Positions 36,565-48,503 of a DNA stretch of 64,000 nucleotides are shown piece by piece (positions within the stretch are counted from its first letter, which is position 1; each line of letters opens with the position of its first letter). The stretch spans positions 384,001 through 448,000 of the forward strand of contig CAWBNQ010000001.1 in NCBI GenBank assembly GCA_963790205.1, given 5' to 3'. The translations under genes and the position numbers were made by a program. This stretch comes from Nitrospirota bacterium. GTDB taxonomy: Bacteria > Nitrospirota > UBA9217. The notes under the pieces were generated by a model, which worked only from the letters and a program-made list of their open reading frames with translations, searched no databases and had not been told where the DNA came from.

Positions 36565-38730
36565 ATGGAAGATATTATCGGAAAACTCCGGGAAACTTTC
36601 AGGGAAGAAGCCTATGAGCTCCTTGCCGAGCTTGAGGCGGGACTGCTCGAACTTGAGCATAACCCCGGCGACATGGAGCAGGTCGGACGGGTGTTCCGTG
36701 CCATGCACACGATCAAGGGGTCGGGAGCGACCTGCGAATTCCACAATATAGCCGCCTTCACGCACGAACTCGAGACGACGTTTGATAAGGTCCGCAAGGG
36801 GAAAATAGCCGCCACGAAAGAGCTCATCGACCTGGCGCTCACGGCCCGCGACCATATTCAGTCCTTGTTCGATGCGTTCTATGAGGGGGGCGCGGCGGAT
36901 GAGTCGAAAGGCGCCGATATCACCGCAACCTTGAGGAAGCTGTTCCCCGATTCCGCGGGAAAAGGGGCTGTTGCTCCTGCCTCCCCTGCCGCGAAAGGCA
37001 ATCCAACCAGGGAGGAGCCCGCCAAATACGCGACCTACCGGATTCGCTTCCGTCCGGCGAAGCATATTTTCACCTCCGGCACGGACCCCGTGCTGCTGCT
37101 ACGGGAACTGCGCCGGCTCGGCACCTGCCGCGTGCTGGCCCAGACCGAGGCCATTCCGTATCTTGAAGACTATGACGCCGATGACTGTTATACCTTTTGG
37201 GACGTGATCCTGACGACGAACCGGGGCAGGAATGCGATCGAGGACATATTCATTTTTGCAAAAGAGGCGAGCGAGCTCATGATCGAGGTCATCGATGAAG
37301 AGGGCGGCCTGGATGACGAGGCCTCGTATAAGCGGCTTGGTGAAATCCTCCTCGATCGGGGCGACCTGACGCCGAAGGACCTCCAAAAGGCGCTGCAATC
37401 AAAAAAGAAGGTCGGCGAGATGCTCGTGGAGAACGGCATCGTGAGCTATGACAAAGTGGAGTCGGCCTTGGCAGAGCAGCTGCATGTCCGCGAGATGCGG
37501 GAGCGCCGTCAGGTCGCGGAACCCACATCGAGCATCCGGGTGGCCACTGACCGGCTGGACACGCTGGTAAACCTGGTCGGCGAACTGGTGACCGTGCAGG
37601 CACGGCTCAGCCAGACCGCGCTCGTGCGCGGCATTCCTGAGTTCCTCTCCATTGCCGAGGAAGTGGAGAGGCTGACCGTGTCGCTCAGGGACAATACCAT
37701 GAGCATCCGCATGCTGCCGATCGGCACCACCTTCAGCAAGTTCAAGCGGGCCGTGCGCGACCTTTCCGCCGAGCTGGGAAAAGAGATCGAGCTCACGACC
37801 GAAGGCGCGGAGACCGAGCTGGACAAGACCGTTATCGAGCGGTTGAGTGACCCGCTCGTGCACCTGATCCGGAACAGCATCGACCACGGTATCGAAACGC
37901 CGGAAGTGCGGGAGGCCGCAGGCAAGCCGCGGTGCGGCACTATTCACCTCTCCGCCGTCCATTCCGGAGCGCATGTTCTGATCCAGATCAAAGACGACGG
38001 CGCCGGCCTCGATACCGAGGCCATCCGAGCCAAGGCCGCTGAAAAGGGCCTGATGCCGCCTGACGCGACCCCCTCGGACAAAGAGCTCTTTACGCTCATC
38101 CTCATGCCGGATTTTTCCACCTCCAAAAACGTAACGAGCATGTCGGGTCGCGGCGTGGGCCTCGATGTCGTCAAGAAGGCCATTGATGCGCTGCGCGGGA
38201 GCATCGAGATCGCGAGCATCAGGGGCGCGGGCGCCACGATCACGCTCAAGCTGCCGCTCACCCTCGCCATCATCGACGGGTTCCTCACGAAGATCGACGC
38301 GGAACACTTTATCTTCCCGCTCGCCTCGGTCGAGGAGTGCATCGAGCTCAAGCGCGATGCCGGCAAATCCAGCAACAGGCATCTGGTCAATGTCCGGGGC
38401 CACATGGTGCCGTATATCAGCCTTCGCGAGCAGTTCATGATCAGCGGGGCCGCGCCCGCAATCGAGCAGATCGTCATCGTGGGAGAAGAAGGCCGCAGGG
38501 TCGGCTTTACCGTGGACACGGTGATCGGCGAACACCAGACGGTGCTCAAGTCCCTCGGCAGGTTCTATAAGCAGGTCGAGGGCATATCGGGCGCGACCAT
38601 CCTGGGCGACGGTACGGTGGCCCTGATCCTGGACCTCCCGAAACTGATCAGCACCGCCGAACAAGAGGAAAATATTATTGCCAGGAGCGGCGGCATGGCC
38701 TTTGAGCAGGCTGCGTCGGACGTGCCATAA
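36565..38730 (+). CDS. cheA: CheA with internal MshEN-like tandem motif
   Basis: FRAMHTIKG, HLIRNSIDHG, SGRGVGLDVV; RLGEILLDRG...VGEMLVENG...LAEQ. Confidence 0.96.
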   Translation: MEDIIGKLRETFREEAYELLAELEAGLLELEHNPGDMEQVGRVFRAMHTIKGSGATCEFHNIAAFTHELETTFDKVRKGKIAATKELIDLALTARDHIQSLFDAFYEGGAADESKGADITATLRKLFPDSAGKGAVAPASPAAKGNPTREEPAKYATYRIRFRPAKHIFTSGTDPVLLLRELRRLGTCRVLAQTEAIPYLEDYDADDCYTFWDVILTTNRGRNAIEDIFIFAKEASELMIEVIDEEGGLDDEASYKRLGEILLDRGDLTPKDLQKALQSKKKVGEMLVENGIVSYDKVESALAEQLHVREMRERRQVAEPTSSIRVATDRLDTLVNLVGELVTVQARLSQTALVRGIPEFLSIAEEVERLTVSLRDNTMSIRMLPIGTTFSKFKRAVRDLSAELGKEIELTTEGAETELDKTVIERLSDPLVHLIRNSIDHGIETPEVREAAGKPRCGTIHLSAVHSGAHVLIQIKDDGAGLDTEAIRAKAAEKGLMPPDATPSDKELFTLILMPDFSTSKNVTSMSGRGVGLDVVKKAIDALRGSIEIASIRGAGATITLKLPLTLAIIDGFLTKIDAEHFIFPLASVEECIELKRDAGKSSNRHLVNVRGHMVPYISLREQFMISGAAPAIEQIVIVGEEGRRVGFTVDTVIGEHQTVLKSLGRFYKQVEGISGATILGDGTVALILDLPKLISTAEQEENIIARSGGMAFEQAASDVP

Positions 38731-38775
38731 CAACGGCAAGCGATAACCGATTATCCTTTTACCAAGGAGGCTACG

Positions 38776-39285
38776 ATGAACGCCACAGGAATAATGGAAA
38801 CAACACAGTACCTGACGTTTAAACTCGAAGATGAGGTCTTCGCGCTCGACATCTCGAAAGTGCGCGAGGTGCTCAATTTCACGGCCATCACCAAGGTACC
38901 GAAGACGCCGGAGTTCATGCGCGGGGTGATCAACCTCCGGGGCAGCGTGGTCCCGGTGGTCGATCTCCGACTGAAATTCGGCATGAGCAGGACCGAGAAG
39001 ACGGTGAACACCTGCATCATCATCACCGAGGTGACCGTCGACAATGAGACCACGGTCCTCGGGGCGCTCGCCGATTCGGTGCAGGAGGTGATGGACCTCG
39101 GACCGGACCACATCGAGCCCGCGCCGAAGATCGGGACGCATCTCAACACGGAGTTCATCCGGGGCATGGGCAAGCGGGACAACACCTTCGTCATCATCCT
39201 CGACATCGACAAGGTGTTCTCGATCGACGAACTGGCCCTGGTGCAGGCAAAGCAGGCGGAAGCGCCTGCGGATGGCGCCCGGTAG
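38776..39285 (+). CDS. cheW: CheW
   Basis: QYLTFKL, ITKVPKTPEFMRGVINLRG. Confidence 0.96.
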   Translation: MNATGIMETTQYLTFKLEDEVFALDISKVREVLNFTAITKVPKTPEFMRGVINLRGSVVPVVDLRLKFGMSRTEKTVNTCIIITEVTVDNETTVLGALADSVQEVMDLGPDHIEPAPKIGTHLNTEFIRGMGKRDNTFVIILDIDKVFSIDELALVQAKQAEAPADGAR

Positions 39286-39615
39286 TTCTTGCCGAAAGAG
39301 AGAGTGTGGTGACACGTCCCCGCGTAATAACCGTTTTGGAGGGCAGATGTCAACAAGTAGGCAGGGAGCCATGTACTGTGTCTTCTTGACGGCCAACAAA
39401 ATACTTTCATGCAAGGCGTACAAAGGAGTATATGTACAGCGTCTTTTGAACTCGAAGAACATTGCACGAGCACCCGGCGCACGCTGTGTCAGGTGCATGC
39501 CGGTGCGGAGGCGGCAACAACGAAAGATTCGGTCAGGCATCCCACCGGATATGTTAAAATCGATAGGCCGCGGGTACGCGGCTGAAGGCATGCTGAACGG
39601 GACACCATCCAATTC

Positions 39616-40478
39616 ATGAAGAACGGTCAAATGTACAATGATGCCGTAAAAGCAATGTCCCCGAAAGAGTTCGACCGCCTGAGCGAGTTTATTATCGATC
39701 ATTGCGGGATCAAGATGCCTCCGGCAAAAAAGATCATGCTGGAATCGCGGCTTCAGAAAAGGCTCCGAAGTCTGGGGATGACATCGTTCAGAGAGTACTG
39801 CGAGTTCCTGTTCGACTCTCCGGAGGGAAACGGCGAACTCGTGCACATGATCGATGCCGTAACAACGAACAAAACCGATTTCTTCCGCGAGCCCGTTCAT
39901 TTTCAGTTTCTGACCGAAACCGCGCTGCCGGAATTCCTGACCGAGAGCGCGTTCGGCAACAGAAAAAAGTTCATCGTCTGGAGCGCGGGCTGCTCCTCGG
40001 GGGAAGAGCCGTATACGCTGGCGATGGTGCTGAACGAATATGCCTTGCCGCATCCCGATTTCCAGTATTCTATCCTGGCCACGGACATATCAACGAGGGT
40101 CCTCGAAAAAGCGCGCTCCGGCATCTACGACCAGCATCTGGTGGAGGGGATCCCTCAATCCTTCAAGGAGAAATACTTCCTGCGCAGCAAAGACCGGGAA
40201 AAGAAGCTGGTCAGGGTCGTGCCGGAGCTCCGGTCCCGCATTGCCTTTCAACGGGTGAACCTAATGGACGAGGACCTGATCGTCCCCGAAAAAGCGGACG
40301 CGATATTCTGCCGGAACGTGATCATTTATTTTGAACGGGCGACTCAGTACAAACTCTTGAGCCGGCTCTGCCGGTGCTTGAAAAGGGGCGGATACCTCTT
40401 CCTGGGGCACTCGGAGACCGTCCATGGTTTTGATCTTCCCCTGGTGCGCATCGCTTCCACGATTTACAGGAAGATGCC

Positions 40479-40482
<4 letters not shown>
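39616..40482 (+). CDS. cheR: CheR
   Basis: TTNKTDFFRE, WSAGCSSGEEPY, FCRNVIIYF; start 39616 or 39631. Confidence 0.95.
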
Positions 40483-42123
<1,641 letters not shown>

Positions 42124-42211
42124 TTTGCAACAAATGGGTTAATTATGAGTATTCCTATCGCGCATTACAATATCGCTGAAAATCCGGTCTTTTCTCGAGG
42201 AGGCAGAAGCA

Positions 42212-42637
42212 ATGTCATTATCTGTTAAAGCAGCGCCCGATTCGTACGTCAAAACCGAACCCAGGCGGATTCTTATTGTTGACGACGAGCCAACCATCCT
42301 GCTCACGCTGTCCTACGCGCTGCGATCGAGCGGCGTTGAGGTCATTACGGCAAGCAGGCTTGAGCCTGCCGAGGAAGCGCTGGCCCGTTATGCATTCGAT
42401 CTCGTGATCGTGGACATCAGAATGTCCGGAATTCTGGGCATAGAAGGATTGGAGCTCTTGAGCTATATCAAACGCTACTGGCCGAAGACCGAAGTGATCG
42501 TTATGACGGCGCACGGCTCAACCGAGATCAAGCAAGAGGCCTACGAGCGCGGCGCAAGCTACTACTATGAAAAACCCGTCGATATTCTGGAACTGGCGGA
42601 GCGGGTGCGCAGTATGGGAATTCCGGTCAAGGGATGA
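42212..42637 (+). CDS. Single-domain response regulator
   Basis: VDDE, DIRM, MTAHG, EKPVD. Confidence 0.88.
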   Translation: MSLSVKAAPDSYVKTEPRRILIVDDEPTILLTLSYALRSSGVEVITASRLEPAEEALARYAFDLVIVDIRMSGILGIEGLELLSYIKRYWPKTEVIVMTAHGSTEIKQEAYERGASYYYEKPVDILELAERVRSMGIPVKG

Positions 42638-42712
42638 AGGACACGGCAAAACGGACACGTTTTGGGAACAAACTTCACAGGCTTCATGCAACAGTCAACG
42701 AGAGGAGAGGCA

Positions 42713-43087
42713 ATGCTTAAGAAAGTGCTGGTTATAGACGATTCTGCGCTGATACACCAGATGTACAAGATGGTGCTGATGCGGTACCGGTGCGAGATCA
42801 TCGACGCGTTGAACGGTCAGGACGGACTGGATAAACTCGAGAAGCATCCTGATGTGAGTTTGATCCTCCTCGACATCAATATGCCGGTCATGAATGGGAT
42901 CGAGTTTATAAAGAAGGTAAAGGAGCTCGGGAAATACAACGACATACCGATTATCATGGTCAGTACCGAGGGCAAAGAAGAAGATACGATGCGGGGGCTG
43001 GCCCTCGGGGCAAAAGGATATGTAAAGAAGCCTTTTCAGCCAAGCGATCTGCACGCAATCATCGAGAAGATCTATCCATCGAAATAA
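42713..43087 (+). CDS. CheY-like response regulator (Che5-type)
   Basis: IDDS, DINMP, STEGKEEDTMRGLALGAKGYVKKPF. Confidence 0.9.
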   Translation: MLKKVLVIDDSALIHQMYKMVLMRYRCEIIDALNGQDGLDKLEKHPDVSLILLDINMPVMNGIEFIKKVKELGKYNDIPIIMVSTEGKEEDTMRGLALGAKGYVKKPFQPSDLHAIIEKIYPSK

Positions 43088-43167
43088 GCATCCATGGGGG
43101 AAATGCGGGTCGACTGACGTGTTTCTCGAACTTTTCAGGATGCGCTGACCAAGGAGGCCGCAGCGTC

Positions 43168-44049
43168 ATGGGTAAAGAGCTCGTTCAAGAGTCGTCGCTC
43201 AGCGCATTTCTCGAAGCATTTTATGACCTCGACAAGAGAGGGAAGGACGGTGTAATTGCGGCATTCCGCGAGGCGGCCGGTCCGCTCTCCTATCCCGTAC
43301 TTGAATCCGGCCTTAAAAATAACGAAAATGACCGCGTACGGAATGCCGCCATGGAAATCTATGTCGCGTTGGGCGAACGGTCGCTTCCGTTCCTCATTTC
43401 TCTTCTCAATGACGCGGACGAGGAAGTGCGGACGTTCAGCGGCGTCATGCTCGGCACAATGCAGGACCGCGGCGCCGTGCCGTCGCTCATCAAGGCGCTG
43501 GCCGATCCGGACATGAATGTGAAGCATGCGGCGGCAGAGGCGCTCGGCAAGATAGGCGATCCGCGGGCGGTAGAGCCCCTCATAGATGCGCTCGCGACGG
43601 ATATGTGGCTCCAGTTTCCCGCGGCGATCGCGCTCGGCGACATCGGCGATTCTCGCGCTGTCGGGCCGCTGATCTCGCTTCTCGAGCTGCCGGGGGTGAA
43701 CGTGCCGGCCATTCAGGCCCTCGGGAAGCTCGCCCATCCCTCGGCGCTCGGGCCGCTCAGCAGGCTGTTCGACGAAGAAGAGCCCTCCCTTCGCGAGTGG
43801 TCGCTGGAAGCTGTTGCAGCTATCCTCGGCCGCTGGCCGGACAGCGGGTGTGACCTGCGACTCACCCGGAAAACGATCCGCGCGATGATAGAAATGCTCA
43901 GCTCAAGCAGTTTTGAAGCGCGCAGAAATGCCGCTATTACCCTCGGTTGCTGTAAAGTGAGGGAGTCGCTGTCCTGCCTCGTCGAATTGAGCGCCGACCG
44001 GGACATGGGCGAGGTTGCGCGAAAGGCGATTGCCAGGATAGGCCACTAG
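43168..44049 (+). CDS. HEAT repeat protein (short paralog of 28040-30034)
   Basis: HEAT repeats; RNAAMEI..., AAEALGKIGDPRAV resemble the N-terminus of the long HEAT protein. Confidence 0.85.
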   Translation: MGKELVQESSLSAFLEAFYDLDKRGKDGVIAAFREAAGPLSYPVLESGLKNNENDRVRNAAMEIYVALGERSLPFLISLLNDADEEVRTFSGVMLGTMQDRGAVPSLIKALADPDMNVKHAAAEALGKIGDPRAVEPLIDALATDMWLQFPAAIALGDIGDSRAVGPLISLLELPGVNVPAIQALGKLAHPSALGPLSRLFDEEEPSLREWSLEAVAAILGRWPDSGCDLRLTRKTIRAMIEMLSSSSFEARRNAAITLGCCKVRESLSCLVELSADRDMGEVARKAIARIGH

Positions 44050-44191
44050 CCCATGGGTATAAAAAAGACATGGCAACCGTAAAAAAACAGTTGTAAAATC
44101 CATTCCTATCCTCACCCGGAGACAGGTTCCAAAGCACGATATTTCAAGTCCGCGTTACAATCCGTAACCTTCCTCGAAAAACAAAAAATCC

Positions 44192-44221
44192 TTGACACTT
44201 TATCTTCATAGATGTTATTTT
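44192..44221 (+). promoter_or_regulatory. Putative sigma70 promoter of the C1/WL region
   Basis: TTGACA-18 nt-TATTTT with extended TG. Confidence 0.5.
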
Positions 44222-44246
44222 GACTCATATTATTGAGGAGAAATGA

Positions 44247-45026
44247 TTGAAAATCGCAATTACAGGCAAGGGGGGAGTGGGCAAAACCACACTGGCCGGC
44301 CTGCTGGCGAGGCTTTACGCGGCTGAGGGCCGTTCGGTCCTGGCCGTGGACGCCGATCCGGATGCAAACCTTGCCTCCGCGCTCGGCATATCGCCGGAAA
44401 CGGCGTCCCGGGCCCTGCCGCTTGCCGAACAGTCCGATCTGATTGAGGAGCGCACGGGTTCAAGACCGGGCTCCCCGGGCGGAATGTTCAGCCTCAACCC
44501 GAAGGTGGATGACATCCCTGACGCCTATAGTATAAGGCACGAAGGGGTGCGGCTCCTAGTCGTGGGGAAGTCCAAAGAAGCGGGGTCCGGCTGTTACTGT
44601 CCCGAGAACGTGCTCCTGCGCCGTTTGATCAGCCATCTGATTCTCAGGAGTGATGAAGTTGTCATCCTCGATATGGAAGCGGGTATCGAGCACTTGACCC
44701 GCGGCACCGCCGGCAGCGTCAATGCCTTCATTGTGGTGGTGGAGCCCGGCCAGCGGAGCATGCAGACTGCCCGGCAGATCGAGTCGCTCGCCCGCGGCCT
44801 CGGTGTCAAAGAGGTCTTTGTCGTGGGCAACAAGATCCGGCAGGATTCCGAGAGAGCTTTCATCCTCCGCCATCTCGAAGGAATGAAGTTTCTCGGATTT
44901 ATGAGCTATGCCGGTGATGCCGTTACTGCGGACCTCGACGGAAAATCTCCTTACGACGCCTCTCCCGGCGTACGGGAAGAGGCGAAGAAGATCAAAGCCG
45001 CGCTCGACCAGTTGATGAAGAAATAA
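44247..45026 (+). CDS. cooC: CO dehydrogenase nickel-insertion ATPase CooC
   Basis: GKGGVGKT, DADP, GCYCPEN, DMEAGIEHLTRGT; TTG start. Confidence 0.92.
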   Translation: MKIAITGKGGVGKTTLAGLLARLYAAEGRSVLAVDADPDANLASALGISPETASRALPLAEQSDLIEERTGSRPGSPGGMFSLNPKVDDIPDAYSIRHEGVRLLVVGKSKEAGSGCYCPENVLLRRLISHLILRSDEVVILDMEAGIEHLTRGTAGSVNAFIVVVEPGQRSMQTARQIESLARGLGVKEVFVVGNKIRQDSERAFILRHLEGMKFLGFMSYAGDAVTADLDGKSPYDASPGVREEAKKIKAALDQLMKK

Positions 45027-45035
45027 ATCCTTCAC

Positions 45036-45611
45036 TTGAAAAACGAGCTCAGAAAAAAAGCGCTGGTGGCCCGGGACAGCTTATTGCCGGGACAGCGGTC
45101 ATCGAAAAGCAGGCAGATTGAAGAGAGGCTTTTTTCTCTGCCTGAATTCAAGTCGGCACACGTTATTATGTTCTTCGCGTCATTCCGGAGCGAAGTGGAA
45201 ACGGCCCCCATGATCCGTCGGGCGCTGGCTGCCGGAAAACGGGTTGTTCTGCCGAAGGTCAAGGGCAAAGAACTCGAGCTGTTCGAGATAAAAATTTTTG
45301 ACAGCGATGTTTCTCCCGGCGCCTGGGGAATCCCCGAGCCGCGAGGGTCTGCATTGGTAAAGCTCGACGAGCTGGACGTCATTATCGTGCCGGGGGTGGC
45401 ATTCGATGAGCGGGGAAACCGCCTCGGGTATGGAGCGGGGTTTTACGACAAGCTCCTTTCCGAATTTAAAAAGCCGACCGTTGCCATTGCCTTCGAGCAG
45501 CAGATTGTTCCGATGATCCTCGCTGATCCGCACGATGTGCCAGTGAAGAAAATCGTGACGGAAAATAGAATCATAGAAGCAAAATCATTTGCCATAGAGG
45601 GCGCAGAGTAA
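45036..45611 (+). CDS. 5-formyltetrahydrofolate cyclo-ligase
   Basis: WGIPEP, VPGVAFDERGNRLGYGAGFYD, HDVPV..IVTE. Confidence 0.95.
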   Translation: MKNELRKKALVARDSLLPGQRSSKSRQIEERLFSLPEFKSAHVIMFFASFRSEVETAPMIRRALAAGKRVVLPKVKGKELELFEIKIFDSDVSPGAWGIPEPRGSALVKLDELDVIIVPGVAFDERGNRLGYGAGFYDKLLSEFKKPTVAIAFEQQIVPMILADPHDVPVKKIVTENRIIEAKSFAIEGAE

Positions 45612-45674
45612 ATAGAAAAGGTGTGCCGATTGCGTCGGGTTCCCTTAGCCGTCCCCTGTGAACTCTGTGGTTAA
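45591..45674. repeat. Inverted nonamer array overlapping the cyclo-ligase C-terminus
   Basis: GCCATAGAG GGCGCAGAG TAAATAGAA ... CCCCTGTG AACTCTGTG GTTAA. Confidence 0.75.
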
Positions 45675-45679
45675 TTCTT

Positions 45680-46246
45680 ATGGACACTAAAAAAATAGAA
45701 AAAGGCGTTCGGCTCATTCTTGAAGGCATCGGTGAGGATGCCGACCGGCCCGGGTTGAAGGATACCCCGCAGCGCGTGGCCGAGATGTATGGGGAAATTT
45801 TTTCCGGCATCTCCGCGAACACCGAAGAGTTAATGAAGCCCATGGCGGGAGAGAGTCACGATGAAATGGTGATGATCCGGGACATCCCGTTTCACTCGAT
45901 GTGCGAACATCATCTCTTGCCCTTCTCCGGCAAGGCCCACATCGCCTACATCCCGGGCGCCGGAAAGATCGTGGGGATCAGCAGCCTGGCCAAGGCGCTC
46001 GAAATCTTTGCGAAGCGGCCGCAGGTGCAGGAGCGATTGACCGCGCAGTTCATCGACCTGATCGTGAGCAGGCTAAAACCCAAGGGCGCGATGGTGGTCA
46101 TCGACGCGGAACATTTATGCATGAGCATGCGCGGCGTGAAGAAGCCGGGCGCCCGTGTCGTCACCTCCGCGGTGCGGGGCAGTTTCCGCAGCAAGGAGTC
46201 CACGCGCATGGAGATGCTCGAGCTTTTGACGAAGCAGGAAAAGTAG
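45680..46246 (+). CDS. folE: GTP cyclohydrolase I FolE
   Basis: [39 protein letters not shown]. Confidence 0.93.
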   Translation: MDTKKIEKGVRLILEGIGEDADRPGLKDTPQRVAEMYGEIFSGISANTEELMKPMAGESHDEMVMIRDIPFHSMCEHHLLPFSGKAHIAYIPGAGKIVGISSLAKALEIFAKRPQVQERLTAQFIDLIVSRLKPKGAMVVIDAEHLCMSMRGVKKPGARVVTSAVRGSFRSKESTRMEMLELLTKQEK

Positions 46247-46361
46247 ACTAGCCCCAAAGTAGCAACTCAAAGAATCTCGAGTCTTAAGAACAGCTAATTT
46301 TTCTATCTATTTTTTACTTAAAGCTCGATAATATAGAGTTAATTTACGGCAGGAGTGAATT

Positions 46362-48463
46362 ATGGCAACACAAGATGTGTGCACTCTCGAACCCTATAGA
46401 CCTTACGGCGCTGACATCAAAGAAACAAGGCCCTATTCGCCGTGCCGCGCGGCATGTCCCGGCGCATACGGATGTGCAGGCCTATGTGGGCCTGATCGCC
46501 CAGGGCAAATACACCGAGGCCTTCGAGGTCATCACCTCGGTAAACCCCATCGCGTCGGTCTGCTCCATGATCTGTCACCATCCCTGCGAGCAGTCGTGCA
46601 GGCGCTGCGGTGTTGACGAGCCGCTGGCCGTCCGTCATTTGAAGCGGTTTGCCATCGAGAAGTCCAAGGACTATCGCCGCGCCAAGCGGAAGCTCGTCCA
46701 AAAGACCAGGGGCAAGAGCATCGGCATCATCGGCTCAGGCCCATCGGGCCTGACCGCAGCGCGAGACCTTGCGGACTTGGGCTACAGCGTGACCCTCTAT
46801 GAGAAGCACCCTGTCCTCGGCGGCATGCTCGCTGCCGCGATCCCTCCCTACCGTTTGCCAAGAGAAGTGTTGAAAGAAGATATTGATGACGTTATTTCAA
46901 AAGGCGTCGAGGTCAGGACGAACTTCGAGATCGGCAAAGACGCAAAGCTCGATGATCTCGCAAAGAAGCACGATGCAGTGCTCGTGGCCATCGGTCTTTC
47001 CCTCAGCCGTTCGCTGAATATTCCCGGCGTGGAAGGCCCCGGAGTGCTGCTCGCTATTCCTTACCTGGAAGATGTCGCATTCGGCCGCAAGCCTGCGCTC
47101 GGTAAGAAGGTGCTCGTTATCGGCGGCGGAAACGTTGCCATGGACGTTGCCCGGTCCGCCCGCAGGCTCGGGGTCCAGAACGTCGAGATGGTCTGTCTTG
47201 AGAACGAGCAGGAGATCCCTGCCTGGAAATGGGAAGTGGACGAGGCTGTTGAAGAGGCGATCAAGATCAATTACCGCTGGGGACCCAAGGCGATCAAGCG
47301 TGAAGGCGATAAGGTAAAGGGTCTCGAAGTCACGAAGGTATTGTCGGTCTTTGACGCGAACAAACGGTTCGCTCCGACCTTTGATAATAATGTGACCACG
47401 CTCCTTGAAGCCGACACGATCATTATCACCATCGGCCAGATGTCGAACATGGTCTTTCCTGAAAGACAGCGCGGTCAAGATCGATGAACGCGGACGCGTT
47501 GAATGGAACCCGGCGACCCAGATGAGCAGCGCAAGAAACATTTTCGTCGCGGGCGAGGTCGTGACCGGCCCCGGCTCGGCTATCGCTGCTGTCGCGAACG
47601 GACGCCGGGCTGCCCTGGCAATGCATCTCTATATTCAAGGCGAGACCATCGAGGGCAGGCTTCCTGTGCAGGAGAAGGAAAAGATCGCCGAGATGCCGTC
47701 CGAAGTTGTTGAAAAGATCAGCAAACAGCCGCGCATGAAGATCAAGCATCTCGCTCCCGAGGTCCGCGTCAAGACCATGGACCACTTCGAGATGGGATAC
47801 AGCGAGGCCGAGGCGCTTGAGGAAGCAGGCAGGTGCCGCGGCTGCGGCGGCGGGGCTGTCGTGGACCAGAAGAAGTGCATGGCCTGCCTCACTTGCTGCG
47901 CATCTGTCCTTACGGCGCGCCGGTTGTGACGTCGGTGTCCGACGATCAGGCCCGAGTACTGCCAGGCCTGCGGTCTGTGCGCTCCGGAATGTCCTGCCGA
48001 GGCCATCAGCATGGTGAGCTACGACGTGCGCGAGATCAGAAATTCACTGCCGGCGATCGTCGGCAAGATCGATCCCAAGCGACAGGAGCCGGTCATTGCC
48101 GCCTTCGTGTGTACGCACCACGCGGGCGTGCTCGGTCTCGATCTGCCGAAGAACGTTCGGGCCGTGCCCGTTCACTGCACCAGCCGGATCGATATTCTTG
48201 ATATGTTGAAGGCCTTCGAAGTCGGCGCCGACGGCGTGGCAGTCGTGCGCTGCGGGAGCGGGACCTGCAAGTACCGCGATATAGAGCCCCGGGTGAATGC
48301 GCGCGTGAAGCGGGTGCAGGACCTGCTCGGCATGCTGAAGATCGAGTCCGGGCGTCTTGAGATACTTTCCGCGGCATCAACGAATGGCGGCAATCCCTAC
48401 GCTGCCGTATGTGCTGAGTTTTCCGAACGCCTTAAACAGATAGGTCTGAGTGCTGGTAAATAA
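46362..48463 (+). CDS. GltD/NfnB-like FAD oxidoreductase + 2x[4Fe-4S] + MvhD fusion (~699 aa), broken by four single-base indels (assembly error or pseudogene)
   Basis: Frames join at ~46459, ~47451, ~47896, ~47939 to give SPCRAACPAH..., CSMICHHPCEQSC, GSGPSG, GGGNVA, CMACLTCLRICP, CQACGLCAPECP, and MvhD FVC...VHCTSRID...GADGVAVVRCGSGTCKY. Confidence 0.8.
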
Positions 48464-48503
48464 CAGCCTGCACGAATAGCATGATATAAAGGAGTAATGA
48501 ACA

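Noticed and set aside
37399..40053. 884-aa minus-strand ORF
   Set aside because: Antisense shadow of cheA/cheW/cheR caused by GC-rich codon bias; no recognisable motifs.
45020..45040. 6S RNA upstream of the 5-formyl-THF cyclo-ligase
   Set aside because: Only 9 nt separate cooC from the gene; there is no room.
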